DNA of 64,000 nucleotides, taken from positions 4,758,409-4,822,408 of the forward strand of contig CM082586.2 of the NCBI GenBank assembly GCA_040954595.2, read 5' to 3'. This document shows, one piece after another, positions 49,501 through 62,600 of the stretch. The notes under the pieces were generated by a model that did not search any database, was not told where the DNA came from, and saw only the letters and a list, made by a program, of their open reading frames with translations. The DNA comes from Balanoglossus misakiensis. Its lineage: Eukaryota > Animalia > Hemichordata. Made by a program: the position numbers and the translations under genes. The stretch's first letter is position 1. Each line of letters begins with the position of its first letter.

Positions 49501-52500
49501 CCTGAGCTATAACCCATGGTTTTTATCAAAAAATGACCAAATTTTGAAAATTCCCAAAGTCGAAAAATGGTCGATTTTTCGCGATTTTCCTGAGCTATAA
49601 CCCATGGTTTTTATCAAAAAATGACCAAATTTTGAAAATTCCCAAAGTCGAAAAATGGTCGATTTTTCGCGATTTTCCTGAGCTATAACCCATGGTTTTT
49701 ATCAAAAAATGACCAAATTTTGAAAATTCCCAAAGTCGAAAAATGGTCGATTTTTCGCGATTTTCCTGAGCTATAACCCATGGTTTTTATCAAAAAATGA
49801 CCAAATTTTGAAAATTCCCAAAGTCGAAAAATGGTCGATTTTTCGCGATTTTCCTGAGCTATAACCCATGGTTTTTATCAAAAAATGACCAAATTTTGAA
49901 AATTCCAAAAGTCGAAAAATGGTCGATTTTTCGCGATTTTCCTGAGCTATAACCCATGGTTTTTATCAAAAAATGACCAAATTTTGAAAATTCCCAAAGT
50001 CGAAAAATGGTCGATTTTTCGCGATTTTCCTGAGCTATAACCCATGGTTTTTATCAAAAAATGACCAAATTTTGGAAATTCCCAAAGTCGAAAAATGGTC
50101 GATTTTTCGCAATTTTCCTGAGCTATAACCCATGGTTTTTATCAAAAAATGACCAAATTTTGAAAATTCCCAAAGTCGAAAAATGGTCGATTTTTCGCGA
50201 TTTTCCTGAGCTATAACCCATGGTTTTTATCAAAAAATGACCAAATTTTGAAAATTCCCAAAGTCGAAAAATGGTCGATTTTTCGCGATTTTCCTGAGCT
50301 ATAACCCATGGTTTTTATCAAAATATGACCAAATTTTGAAAATTCCCAAAGTCGAAAAATGGTCGATTTTTCGCGATTTTCCTGAGCTATAACCCATGGT
50401 TTTTATCAAAAAATGACCAAATTTTGAAAATTCCCAAAGTCGAAAAATGGTCGATTTTTCGCGATTTTCCTGAGCTATAACCCATGGTTTTGATCAAAAA
50501 ATGACCAAATTTTGAAAATTCCCAAAGTCGAAAAATGGTCGATTTTTCGCGATTTTCCTGAGCTATAACCCATGGTTTTTATCAAAAAATGACCAAATTT
50601 TGAAAATTCCCAAAGTCGAAAAATGGTCGATTTTTCGCGATTTTCCTGAGCTATAACCCATGGTTTTTATCAAAAAATGACCAAATTTTGAAAATTCCCA
50701 AAGTCGAAAAATGGTCGATTTTTCGCGATTTTCCTGAGCTATAACCCATGGTTTTTATCAAAAAATGACCAAATTTTGAAAATTCCCAAAGTCGAAAAAT
50801 GGTCGATTTTTCGCGATTTTCCTGAGCTATAACCCATGGTTTTTATCAAAAAATGACCAAATTTTGAAAATTCCCAAAGTCGAAAAATGGTCGATTTTTC
50901 GCGATTTTCCTGAGCTATAACCCATGTTTTTTCTCAAAAAATGACCAAATTTTGAAAATTCCCAAAGTCGAAAAATGGTCGATTTTTCGCGATTTTCCTG
51001 AGCTATAACCCATGGTTTTTATCAAAAAATGACCAAATTTTGAAAATTCCCAAAGTCGAAAAATGGTCGATTTTTCGCGATTTTCCTGAGCTATAACCCA
51101 TGGTTTTTATCAAAAAATGACCAAATTTTGAAAATTCCCAAAGTCGTAAAATGGTCGATTTTTCGCGATTTTCCTGAGCTATAACCCATGGTTTTTATCA
51201 AAAAATGACCAAATTTTGAAAATTCCCAAAGTCGAAAAATGGTCGATTTTTCGCGATTTTCCTGAGCTATAACCCATGGTTTTTATCAAAATATGACCAA
51301 ATTTTGAAAATTCCCAAAGTCGAAAAATGGTCGATTTTTCGCGATTTTCCTGAGCTATAACCCATGGTTTTTATCAAAAAATGACCAAATTTTGAAAATT
51401 CCCAAAGTCGAAAAATGGTCGATTTTTCACGATTTTCCTGAGCTATAACCCATGTTTTTTATCAAAAAATGACCAAATTTTGGAAATTCCCAAAGTCGAA
51501 AAATGGTCGATTTTTCGCGATTTTCCTGAGCTATAACCCATGGTTTTTATCAAAAAATGACCAAATTTTGAAAATTCCCAAAGTCGAAAAATGGTCGATT
51601 TTTCGCGATTTTCCTGAGCTATAACCCATGGTTTTTATCAAAATATGACCAAATTTTGAAAATTCCCAAAGTCGAAAAATGGTCGATTTTTCGCGATTTT
51701 CCTGAGCTATAACCCATGGTTTTTATCAAAAAATGACCAAATTTTGAAAATTCCCAAAGTCGAAAAATGGTCGATTTTTCGCGATTTTCCTGAGCTATAA
51801 CCCATGTTTTTTATCAAAAAATGACCAAATTTTGGAAATTCCCAAAGTCGAAAAATGGTCGATTTTTCGCGATTTTCCTGAGCTATAACCCATGGTTTTT
51901 ATCAAAAAATGACCAAATTTTGAAAATTCCCAAAGTCGAAAAATGGTCGATTTTTCGCGATTTTCCTGAGCTATAACCCATGGTTTTTATCAAAATATGA
52001 CCAAATTTTGAAAATTCCCAAAGTCGAAAAATGGTCGATTTTTCGCGATTTTCCTGAGCTATAACCCATGGTTTTTATCAAAATATGACCAAATTTTGAA
52101 AATTCCCAAGGTCGAAAAATGGTCGATTTTTCGCGATTTTCCTGAGCTATAACCCATGGTTTTTATCAAAAAATGACCAAATTTTGAAAATTCCCAAAGT
52201 CGAAAAATGGTCGATTTTTCGCGATTTTCCTGAGCTATAACCCATGGTTTTTATAAAAAAATGACCAAATTTTGAAAATTCCCAAAGTCGAAAAATGGTC
52301 GATTTTTCGCGATTTTCCTGAGCTATAACCCATGTTTTTTCTCAAAAAATGACCAAATTTTGAAAATTCCCAAAGTCGAAAAATGGTCGATTTTTCGCGA
52401 TTTTCCTGAGCTATAACCCATGGTTTTTATCAAAAAATGACCAAATTTTGGAAATTCCCAAAGTCGAAAAATGGTCGATTTTTCGCGATTTTCCTGAGCT

Positions 52501-55500
52501 ATAACCCATGGTTTTTATCAAAAAATGACCAAATTTTGGAAATTCCCAAAGTCGAAAAATGGTCGATTTCTCGCGATTTTCCTGAGCTATAACCCATGGT
52601 TTTTATCAAAAAATGACCAAATTTTGGAAATTCCCAAAGTCGAAAAATGGTCGATTTTTCGCGATTTTCCTGAGCTATAACCCATGGTTTTTATCAAAAA
52701 ATGACCAAATTTTGAAAATTCCCAAAGTCGAAAAATGGTCGATTTTTCGCGATTTTCCTGAGCTATAACCCATGGTTTTTATCAAAATATGACCAAATTT
52801 TGAAAATTCCCAAAGTCGAAAAATGGTCGATTTTTCGCGATTTTCCTGAGCTATAACCCATGGTTTTTATCAAAAAATGACCAAATTTTCAAAATTCCCA
52901 AAGTCGAAAAATGGTCGATTTTTCGCGATTTTCCTGAGCTATAACCCATGGTTTTTATCAAAAAAAGACCAAATTTTGAAAATTCCCAAAGTCGAAAAAT
53001 GGTCGATTTTTCGCGATTTTCCTGAGCTATAACCCATGGTTTTTATCAAAAAATGACCAAATTTTGAAAATTCCCAAAGTCGAAAAATGGTCGATTTTTC
53101 GCGATTTTCCTGAGCTATAACCCATGGTTTTTATCAAAAAATGACCAAATTTTGAAAATTCCCAAAGTCGAAAAATGGTCGATTTTTCGCGATTTTCCTG
53201 AGCTATAACCCATGGTTTTTATCAAAAAATGACCAAATTTTGAAAATTCCCAAAGTCGAAAAATGGTCGATTTTTCGCGATTTTCCTGAGCTATAACCCA
53301 TGGTTTTTATCAAAAAATGACCAAATTTTGAAAATTCCCAAAGTCGAAAAATTGTCGATTTTTCGCGATTTTCCTGAGCTATAACCCATGGTTTTTATCA
53401 AAAAATGACCAAATTTTGAAAATTCCCAAAGTCGAAAAATGGTCGATTTTTCGCGATTTTCCTGAGCTATAACCCATGGTTTTTATCAAAAAATGACCAA
53501 ATTTTGAAAATTCCCAAAGTCGAAAAATGGTCGATTTTTCGCGATTTTCCTGAGCTATAACCCATGTTTTTTCTCAAAAAATGACCAAATTTTGAAAATT
53601 CCCAAAGTCGAAAAATGGTCGATTTTTCGCGATTTTCCTGAGCTATAACGCATGGTTTTTATCAAAAAATGACCAAATTTTGAAAATTCCCAAAGTCGAA
53701 AAATGGTCGATTTTTCGCGATTTTCCTGAGCTATAACCCATGGTTTTTATCAAAAAATGACCAAATTTTGAAAATTCCCAAAGTCGAAAAATGGTCGATT
53801 TTTCGCGATTTTCCTGAGCTATAACCCATGGTTTTTATCAAAAAATGACCAAATTTTGAAAATTCCCAAAGTCGAAAAATGGTCGATTTTTCGCGATTTT
53901 CCTGAGCTATAACCCATGGTTTTTATCAAAAAATGACCAAATTTTGAAAATTCCCAAAGTCGAAAAATGGTCGATTTTTCGCGATTTTCCTGAGCTATAA
54001 CCCATGGTTTTTATCAAAAAATGACCAAATTTTGAAAATTCCCAAAGTCGAAAAATGGTCGATTTTTCGCGATTTTCCTGAGCTATAACCCATGGTTTTT
54101 ATCAAAAAATGACCAAATTTTGAAAATTCCCAAAGTCGAAAAATGGTCGATTTTTCGCGATTTTCCTGAGCTATAACCCATGGTTTTTATCAAAAAATGA
54201 CCAAATTTTGAAAATTCCCAAAGTCGAAAAATGGTCGATTTTTCGCGATTTTCCTGAGCTATAACCCATGGTTTTTATCAAAAAATGACCAAATTTTGAA
54301 AATTCCCAAAGTCGAAAAATGGTCGATTTTTCGCGATTTTCCTGAGCTATAACCCATGGTTTTTGTCAAAAAATGACCAAATTTTGAAAATTCCCAAAGT
54401 AGAAAAATGGTCGATTTTTCGCGATTTTCCTGAGCTATAACCCATGGTTTTTGTCAAAAAATGACCAAATTTTGAAAATTCCCAAAGTAGAAAAATGGTC
54501 GATTTTTCGCGTTTTTCCTGAGCTATAACCCATGGTTTTTATCAAAAAATTGCCAAATTTTGAAAATTCCCAAAGTCGAAAAATGGTCGATTTTTCGCGT
54601 TTTTCCTGAGCTATAACCCATGGTTTTTATCAAAAAATTGCCAAATTTTGAAAATTCCCAAAGTAGAAAAATGGTCGATTTTTCGCGATTTTCCTGAGCT
54701 ATAACCCATGGTTTTTATCAAAAAATGACCAAATTTTGAAAATTCCCAAAGTCGAAAAATGGTCGATTTTTCGCGATTTTCCTGAGCTATAACCCATGGT
54801 TTTTATCAAAAAATGACCAAATTTTGAAAATTCCCAAAGTCGAAAAATGGTCGATTTTTCGCGATTTTCCTTAGCTATAACCCATGGTTTTTATCAAAAA
54901 ATGACCAAATTTTGAAAATTCCCAAAGTCGAAAAATGGTCGATTTTTCGCGATTTTCCTGAGCTATAACCCATGTTTTTTCTCAAAAAATGACCAAATTT
55001 TGAAAATTCCCAAAGTCGAAAAATGGTCGATTTTTCGCGATTTTCCTGAGCTATAACCCATGGTTTTTATCAAAAAATGACCAAATTTTGAAAATTCCCA
55101 AAGTCGAAAAATGGTCGATTTTTCGCGATTTTCCTGAGCTATAACCCATGGTTTTTATCAAAAAATGACCAAATTTTGAAAATTCCCAAAGTCGAAAAAT
55201 GGTCGATTTTTCGCGATTTTCCTGAGCTATAACCCATGGTTTTTATCAAAAAATGACCAAATTTTGAAAATTCCCAAAGTCGAAAAATGGTCGATTTTTC
55301 GCGATTTTCCTGAGCTATAACCCATGGTTTTTATCAAAATATGACCAAATTTTGAAAATACCCAAAGTCGAAAAATGGTCGATTTTTCGCGATTTTCCTG
55401 AGCTATAACCCATGGTTTTTATCAAAAAATGACCAAATTTTCAAAATTCCCTAAGTCGAAAAATGGTCGATTTTTCGCGATTTTCCTGAGCTATAACCCA

Positions 55501-58500
55501 TGGTTTTTATCAAAAAATGACCAAATTTTGAAAATTCCCAAAGTCGAAAAATGGTCGATTTTTCGCGATTTTCCTGAGCTATAACCCATGTTTTTTATCA
55601 AAAAATGACCAAATTTTGAAAATTCCCAAAGTCGAAAAATGGTCGATTTTTCGCGATTTTCCTGAGCTATAACCCATGGTTTTTATCAAAAAATGACCAA
55701 ATTTTGAAAATTCCCAAAGTCGAAAAATGGTCGATTTTTCGCGATTTTCCTGAGCTATAACCCATGGTTTTGATCAAAAAATGACCAAATTTTGAAAATT
55801 CCCAAAGTCGAAAAATGGTCGATTTTTCGCGATTTTCCTGAGCTATAACCCATGTTTTTTCTCAAAAAATGACCAAATTTTGAAAATTCCCAAAGTCGAA
55901 AAATGGTCGATTTTTCGCGATTTTCCTGAGCTATAACCCATGGTTTTTATCAAAAAATGACCAAATTTTGAAAATTCCCAAAGTCGAAAAATGGTCGATT
56001 TTTCGCGATTTTCCTGAGCTATAACCCATGGTTTTTATCAAAAAATGACCAAATTTTGAAAATTCCCAAAGTCGAAAAATGGTCGATTTTTCGCGATTTT
56101 CCTGAGCTATAACCCATGTTTTTTATCAAAAAATGACCAAATTTTGAAAATTCCCAAAGTCGAAAAATGGTCGATTTTTCGCGATTTTCCTTAGCTATAA
56201 CCCATGGTTTTTATCAAAAAATGACCAAATTTTGAAAATTCCCAAAGTCGAAAAATGGTCGATTTTTCGCGATTTTCCTGAGCTATAACCCATGGTTTTT
56301 ATCAAAAAATGACCAAATTTTGAAAATTCCCAAAGTCGAAAAATGCCGATTTTTCGCGATTTTCCTGAGCTATAACCCATGGTTTTTATCAAAAAATGAC
56401 CAAATTTTGAAAATTCCCAAAGTCGAAAAATGGTCGATTTTTCGCGATTTTCCTGAGCTATAACCCATGTTTTTTATCAAAAAATGACCAAATTTTGAAA
56501 ATTCCCAAAGTCGAAAAATGGTCGATTTTTCGCGATTTTCCTGAGCTATAACCCATGGTTTTTATCAAAAAATGACCAAATTTTCAAAATTCCCTAAGTC
56601 GAAAAATGGTCGATTTTTCGCGATTTTCCTGAGCTATAACCCATGGTTTTTATCAAAAAATGACCAAATTTTGAAAATTCCCAAAGTCGAAAAATGGTCG
56701 ATTTTTCGCGATTTTCCTGAGCTATAACCCATGGTTTTTATCAAAAAATGACCAAATTTTGAAAATTCCCAAAGTCGAAAAATGGTCGATTTTTCGCGAT
56801 TTTCCTGAGCTATAACCCATGGTTTTTATCAAAAAATGACCAAATTTTGAAAATTCCCAAAGTCGAAAAATGGTCGATTTTTCGCGATTTTCCTGAGCTA
56901 TAACCCATGTTTTTTCTCAAAAAATGACCAAATTTTGAAAATTCCCAAAGTCGAAAAATGGTCGATTTTTCGCGATTTTCCTGAGCTATAACCCATGTTT
57001 TTTATCAAAAAATGACCAAATTTTGAAAATTCCCAAAGTCGAAAAATGGTCGATTTTTCGCGATTTTCCTGAGCTATAACCCATGGTTTTTATCAAAAAA
57101 TGACCAAATTTTGAAAATTCCCAAAGTCGAAAAATGGTCGATTTTTCGCGATTTTCCTGAGCTATAACCCATGTTTTTTATCAAAAAATGACCAAATTTT
57201 GCAAATTCCCAAAGTCGAAAAATGGTCGATTTTTCGCGATTTTCCTGAGCTATAACCCATGTTTTTTATCAAAAAATGACCAAATTTTGAAAATTCCCAA
57301 AGTCGAAAAATGGTCGATTTTTCGCGATTTTCCTGAGCTATAACCCATGGTTTTTATCAAAAAATGACCAAATTTTGAAAATTCCCAAAGTCGAAAAATG
57401 GTCGATTTTTCGCGATTTTCCTGAGCTATAACCCATGGTTTTTATCAAAAAATGACCAAATTTTGAAAATTCCCAAAGTCGAAAAATGCCGATTTTTCGC
57501 GATTTTCCTGAGCTATAACCCATGGTTTTTATCAAAAAATGACCAAATTTTGAAAATTCCCAAAGTCGAAAAATGGTCGATTTTTCGCGATTTTCCTGAG
57601 CTATAACCCATGTTTTTTATCAAAAAATGACCAAATTTTGAAAATTCCCAAAGTCGAAAAATGGTCGATTTTTCGCGATTTTCCTGAGCTATAACCCATG
57701 GTTTTTATCAAAAAATGACCAAATTTTCAAAATTCCCTAAGTCGAAAAATGGTCGATTTTTCGCGATTTTCCTGAGCTATAACCCATGGTTTTTATCAAA
57801 AAATGACCAAATTTTGAAAATTCCCAAAGTCGAAAAATGGTCGATTTTTCGCGATTTTCCTGAGCTATAACCCATGGTTTTTATCAAAAAATGACCAAAT
57901 TTTGAAAATTCCCAAAGTCGAAAAATGGTCGATTTTTCGCGATTTTCCTGAGCTATAACCCATGGTTTTTATCAAAAAATGACCAAATTTTGAAAATTCC
58001 CAAAGTCGAAAAATGGTCGATTTTTCGCGATTTTCCTGAGCTATAACCCATGTTTTTTCTCAAAAAATGACCAAATTTTGAAAATTCCCAAAGTCGAAAA
58101 ATGGTCGATTTTTCGCGATTTTCCTGAGCTATAACCCATGTTTTTTATCAAAAAATGACCAAATTTTGAAAATTCCCAAAGTCGAAAAATGGTCGATTTT
58201 TCGCGATTTTCCTGAGCTATAACCCATGGTTTTTATCAAAAAATGACCAAATTTTGAAAATTCCCAAAGTCGAAAAATGGTCGATTTTTCGCGATTTTCC
58301 TGAGCTATAACCCATGTTTTTTATCAAAAAATGACCAAATTTTGCAAATTCCCAAAGTCGAAAAATGGTCGATTTTTCGCGATTTTCCTGAGCTATAACC
58401 CATGGTTTTTATCAAAAAATGACCAAATTTTGAAAATTCCCAAAGTCGAAAAATGGTCGATTTTTCGCGATTTTCCTGAGCTATAACCCATGGTTTTTAT

Positions 58501-59695
58501 CAAAAAATGACCAAATTTTGAAAATTCCCAAAGTCGAAAAATGGTCGATTTTTCGCGATTTTCCTGAGCTATAACCCATGGTTTTTATCAAAATATGACC
58601 AAATTTTGAAAATACCCAAAGTCGAAAAATGGTCGATTTTTCGCGATTTTCCTGAGCTATAACCCATGGTTTTTATCAAAAAATGACCAAATTTTCAAAA
58701 TTCCCTAAGTCGAAAAATGGTCGATTTTTCGCGATTTTCCTGAGCTATAACCCATGGTTTTTATCAAAAAATGACCAAATTTTGAAAATTCCCAAAGTCG
58801 AAAAATGGTCGATTTTTCGCGATTTTCCTGAGCTATAACCCATGTTTTTTATCAAAAAATGACCAAATTTTGAAAATTCCCAAAGTCGAAAAATGGTCGA
58901 TTTTTCGCGATTTTCCTGAGCTATAACCCATGGTTTTTATCAAAAAATGACCAAATTTTGAAAATTCCCAAAGTCGAAAAATGGTCGATTTTTCGCGATT
59001 TTCCTGAGCTATAACCCATGGTTTTTATCAAAAAATGACCAAATTTTGAAAATTCCCAAAGTCGAAAAATGGTCGATTTTTCGCGATTTTCCTGAGCTAT
59101 AACCCATGGTTTTTATCAAAAAATGACCAAATTTTGAAAATTCTCAAAGTCGAAAAATGGTCGATTTTTCGCGATTTTCCTGAGCTATAACCCATGGTTT
59201 TTATCAAAAAATGACCAAATTTTCAAAATTCCCAAAGTCGAAAAATGGTCGATTTTTCGCGATTTTCCTGAGCTATAACCCATGGTTTTTATCAAAAAAT
59301 GACCAAATTTTCAAAATTCCCAAAGTCGAAAAATGGTCGATTTTTCGCGATTTTCCTGAGCTATAACCCATGGTTTTTATCAAAAAATGACCAAATTTTG
59401 AAAATTCCCAAAGTCGAAAAATGGTCGATTTTTCGCGATTTTCCTGAGCTATAACCCATGGTTTTTATCAAAAAATGACCAGATTTTGAAAATTCCCAAA
59501 GTCGAAAAATGGTCGATTTTTCGCGATTTTCCTGAGCTATAACCCATGGTTTTTATGAAAAAATGACCAAATTTTGAAAATTTCCAAAGTCGAAAAATGG
59601 TCAATTTTTCGGGATTTTCCTGAGCTATAACCCATGGTTTTTATGAAAAAATTACCAAATTTTGAAAATTCCCAAAGTCGAAAAATGGTCGATTT
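46591..59695 (+). repeat. Satellite DNA array, 88-bp monomer, ~149 copies
   Basis: Consensus TGAGCTATAACCCATGGTTTTTATCAAAAAATGACCAAATTTTGAAAATTCCCAAAGTCGAAAAATGGTCGATTTTTCGCGATTTTCC. The line phase recurs every 1320 bp (15 x 88). Most monomers differ from consensus by 0-2 bases. Confidence 0.99.
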
Positions 59696-62600
59696 GGTCA
59701 TTTTTTGATAAGGAACCATGGGTTATAGCTCAGGAAAATCGCGAAAAATCGACCATTTTTCGACTTTGGGAATTTTCAAAATTTGGTCATTTTTTGATAA
59801 AAACCATGGGTTATAGCTCAGGAAAATCGCGAAAAATCGACCATTTTTCGACTTTGGGAATTTTCAAAATTTGGTCATTTTTGATAAAAACCATGGGTTA
59901 TAGCTCAGGAAAATCCCGAAAAATCGACCATTTTTCGACTTTGGGAATTTTCAAAATTTGGTCATTTTTTGATAAAAACCATGGGTTATAGCTCAGGAAA
60001 ATCCCCGAAAAATGACCACTTTTTCGACTTTGGGAATTTTCAAAATTTGGTCATTTTTTCATAAAAACCATGGGTTATTGCTCAGGAAAATCGCGAAAAA
60101 TCGACCATTTTCGACTTTGGGAATTTTCAAAATTTGGTCATTTTTTGATAAAAACCATGGGTTATAGCTCAGGAAAATCGCGAAAAATCGACCATTTTTC
60201 GACTTTGGAATTTTCAAAATTTGGTCATTTTTTGATAAAAACATGGGTTATAGCTCAGGAAAATCGCGAAAAATGGACCATTTTTCGACTTTGGGAATTT
60301 TCAAAATTTGGTCATTTTTTGATAAAAACCATGGGTTATAGCTCAGGAAAATCGCGAAAAATCGACCATTTTTCGACTTTGGGAATTTTCAAAATTTGGT
60401 CATTTTTTGATAAAAACCATGGGTTATAGCTCAGGAAAATCGCGAAAAATCGACCATTTTTCGACTTTGGGAATTTTCAAAATTTGGTCATTTTTTTGAT
60501 AAAAACCATGGGTTATAGCTCAGGAAAATCGCGAAAATCGACCATTTTCGACTTTGGGAATTTCAAATTTGGTCATTTTTTGATAAAAACCATGGGTTAT
60601 AGCTCAGGAAAATCGCGAAAAATCGACCATTTTTCGACTTTGGGAATTTTCAAAATTTGGTCATTTTTTGATAAAAACCATGGGTTATAGCTCAGGAAAA
60701 TCGCGAAAAATCGACCATTTTTCGACTTTTGGGAATTTTCAAAATTTGGTCATTTTTTTGATAAAAACCATGGGTTATAGCTCAGGAAAATCGCGAAAAA
60801 TCGACCATTTTTCGACTTTGGAATTTTCAAAATTTGGTCATTTTTTGATAAAAACCATGGGTTAAAGCTCAGGAAAATCGCGAAAAATCGACCATTTTCG
60901 ACTTTGGGAATTTTCAAAATTTTGTCATTTTTTGATAAAAACCATGGGTTATAGCTCAGGAAAATCGCGAAAATCGACCATTTTTCGACTTTGGGAATTT
61001 TCAAAATTTGGTCATTTTTTGATAAAAAACATGGGTTATAGCTCAGGAAAATCGCGAAAAATCGACCATTTTTCGACTTTGGGAATTTTCAAAATTTGGT
61101 CATTTTTTGATAAAAACCATGGGTTATAGCTCAGGAAAATCGCGAAAAATCGACCATTTTTCGACTTTGGGAATTTCAAAATTTGGGTCATTTTTTGATA
61201 AAAACCATGGGTTATAGCTCAGGAAAATCGCGAAAATCGACCATTTTTCGACTTTGGGAATTTTCAAAATTTGGTCATTTTTTGATAAAAACCATGGGTT
61301 ATAGCTCAGGAAAATCGCGAAAAATCGACCATTTTTCTACTTTGGGAATTTTCAAAATTTGGCAATTTTTTGATAAAAACCATGGGTTATAGCTCAGGAA
61401 AAACGCGAAAAATCGACCATTTTTCTACTTTGGGAATTTTCAAAATTTGGCAATTTTTTGATAAAAACCATGGGTTATAGCTCAGGAAAACGCGAAAAAT
61501 CGACCATTTTTCTACTTTGGGAATTTTCAAAATTTGGTCATTTTTTGACAAAAACCATGGGTTATAGCTCAGGAAAATCGCGAAAAATCGACCATTTTTC
61601 TACTTTGGGAATTTTCAAAATTGGTCATTTTTTGACAAAAACCATGGGTTATAGCTCAGAAAATCGCGAAAATCGACCATTTTTCGACTTTGGGAATTTT
61701 CAAAATTTGGTCATTTTTTGATAAAAACCATGGGTTATAGCTCAGGAAAATCGCGAAAAATCGACCATTTTTCGACTTTGGGAATTTTCAAAATTTGGTC
61801 ATTTTTTGATAAAAACCATGGTTATAGCTCAGGAAAATCGCGAAAAATCGACCATTTTCGACTTTGGGAATTTTCAAAATTTGGTCATTTTTTGATAAAA
61901 ACCATGGGTTATAGCTCAGGAAAATCGCGAAAAATCGACCATTTTTCGGACTTTGGGAATTTTCAAAATTTGGTCATTTTTTGATAAAAACCATGGGTTA
62001 TAGCTCAGGAAAATCGCGAAAAATCGACCATTTTTCGACTTTGGGAATTTTCAAAATTTGGTCATTTTTGATAAAAACCATGGGTTATAGCTCAGGAAAA
62101 TCGCGAAAAATCGACCATTTTTCGACTTTGGGAATTTTCAAAATTTTGGTCATTTTTTGATAAAAACCATGGGTTATAGCTCAGGAAAATCGCGAAAAAT
62201 CGACCATTTTTCGACTTTGGGATTTTCAAAATTTGGTCATTTTTTGATAAAAAACCATGGGTTATAGCTCAGGAAAATCGCGAAAAATCGACCATTTTCG
62301 ACTTTGGGAATTTCAAAAATTTGGTCATTTTTTGATAAAAACCATGGGTTATAGCTCAGGAAATCGCGAAAAATCGACCATTTTTCGACTTTGGGAATTT
62401 TCAAAATTTGGTCATTTTTTGATAAAAACCATGGGTTATAGCTCAGAAAATCGCGAAAAATCGACCATTTTTCGACTTTGGGAATTTTCAAATTTGGTCA
62501 TTTTTTGATAAAAACCATGGGTTATAGCTCAGGAAAATCGCGAAAAATCGACCATTTTTCGACTTTGGGAATTTTCAAATTTGGTCATTTTTTGATAAAA

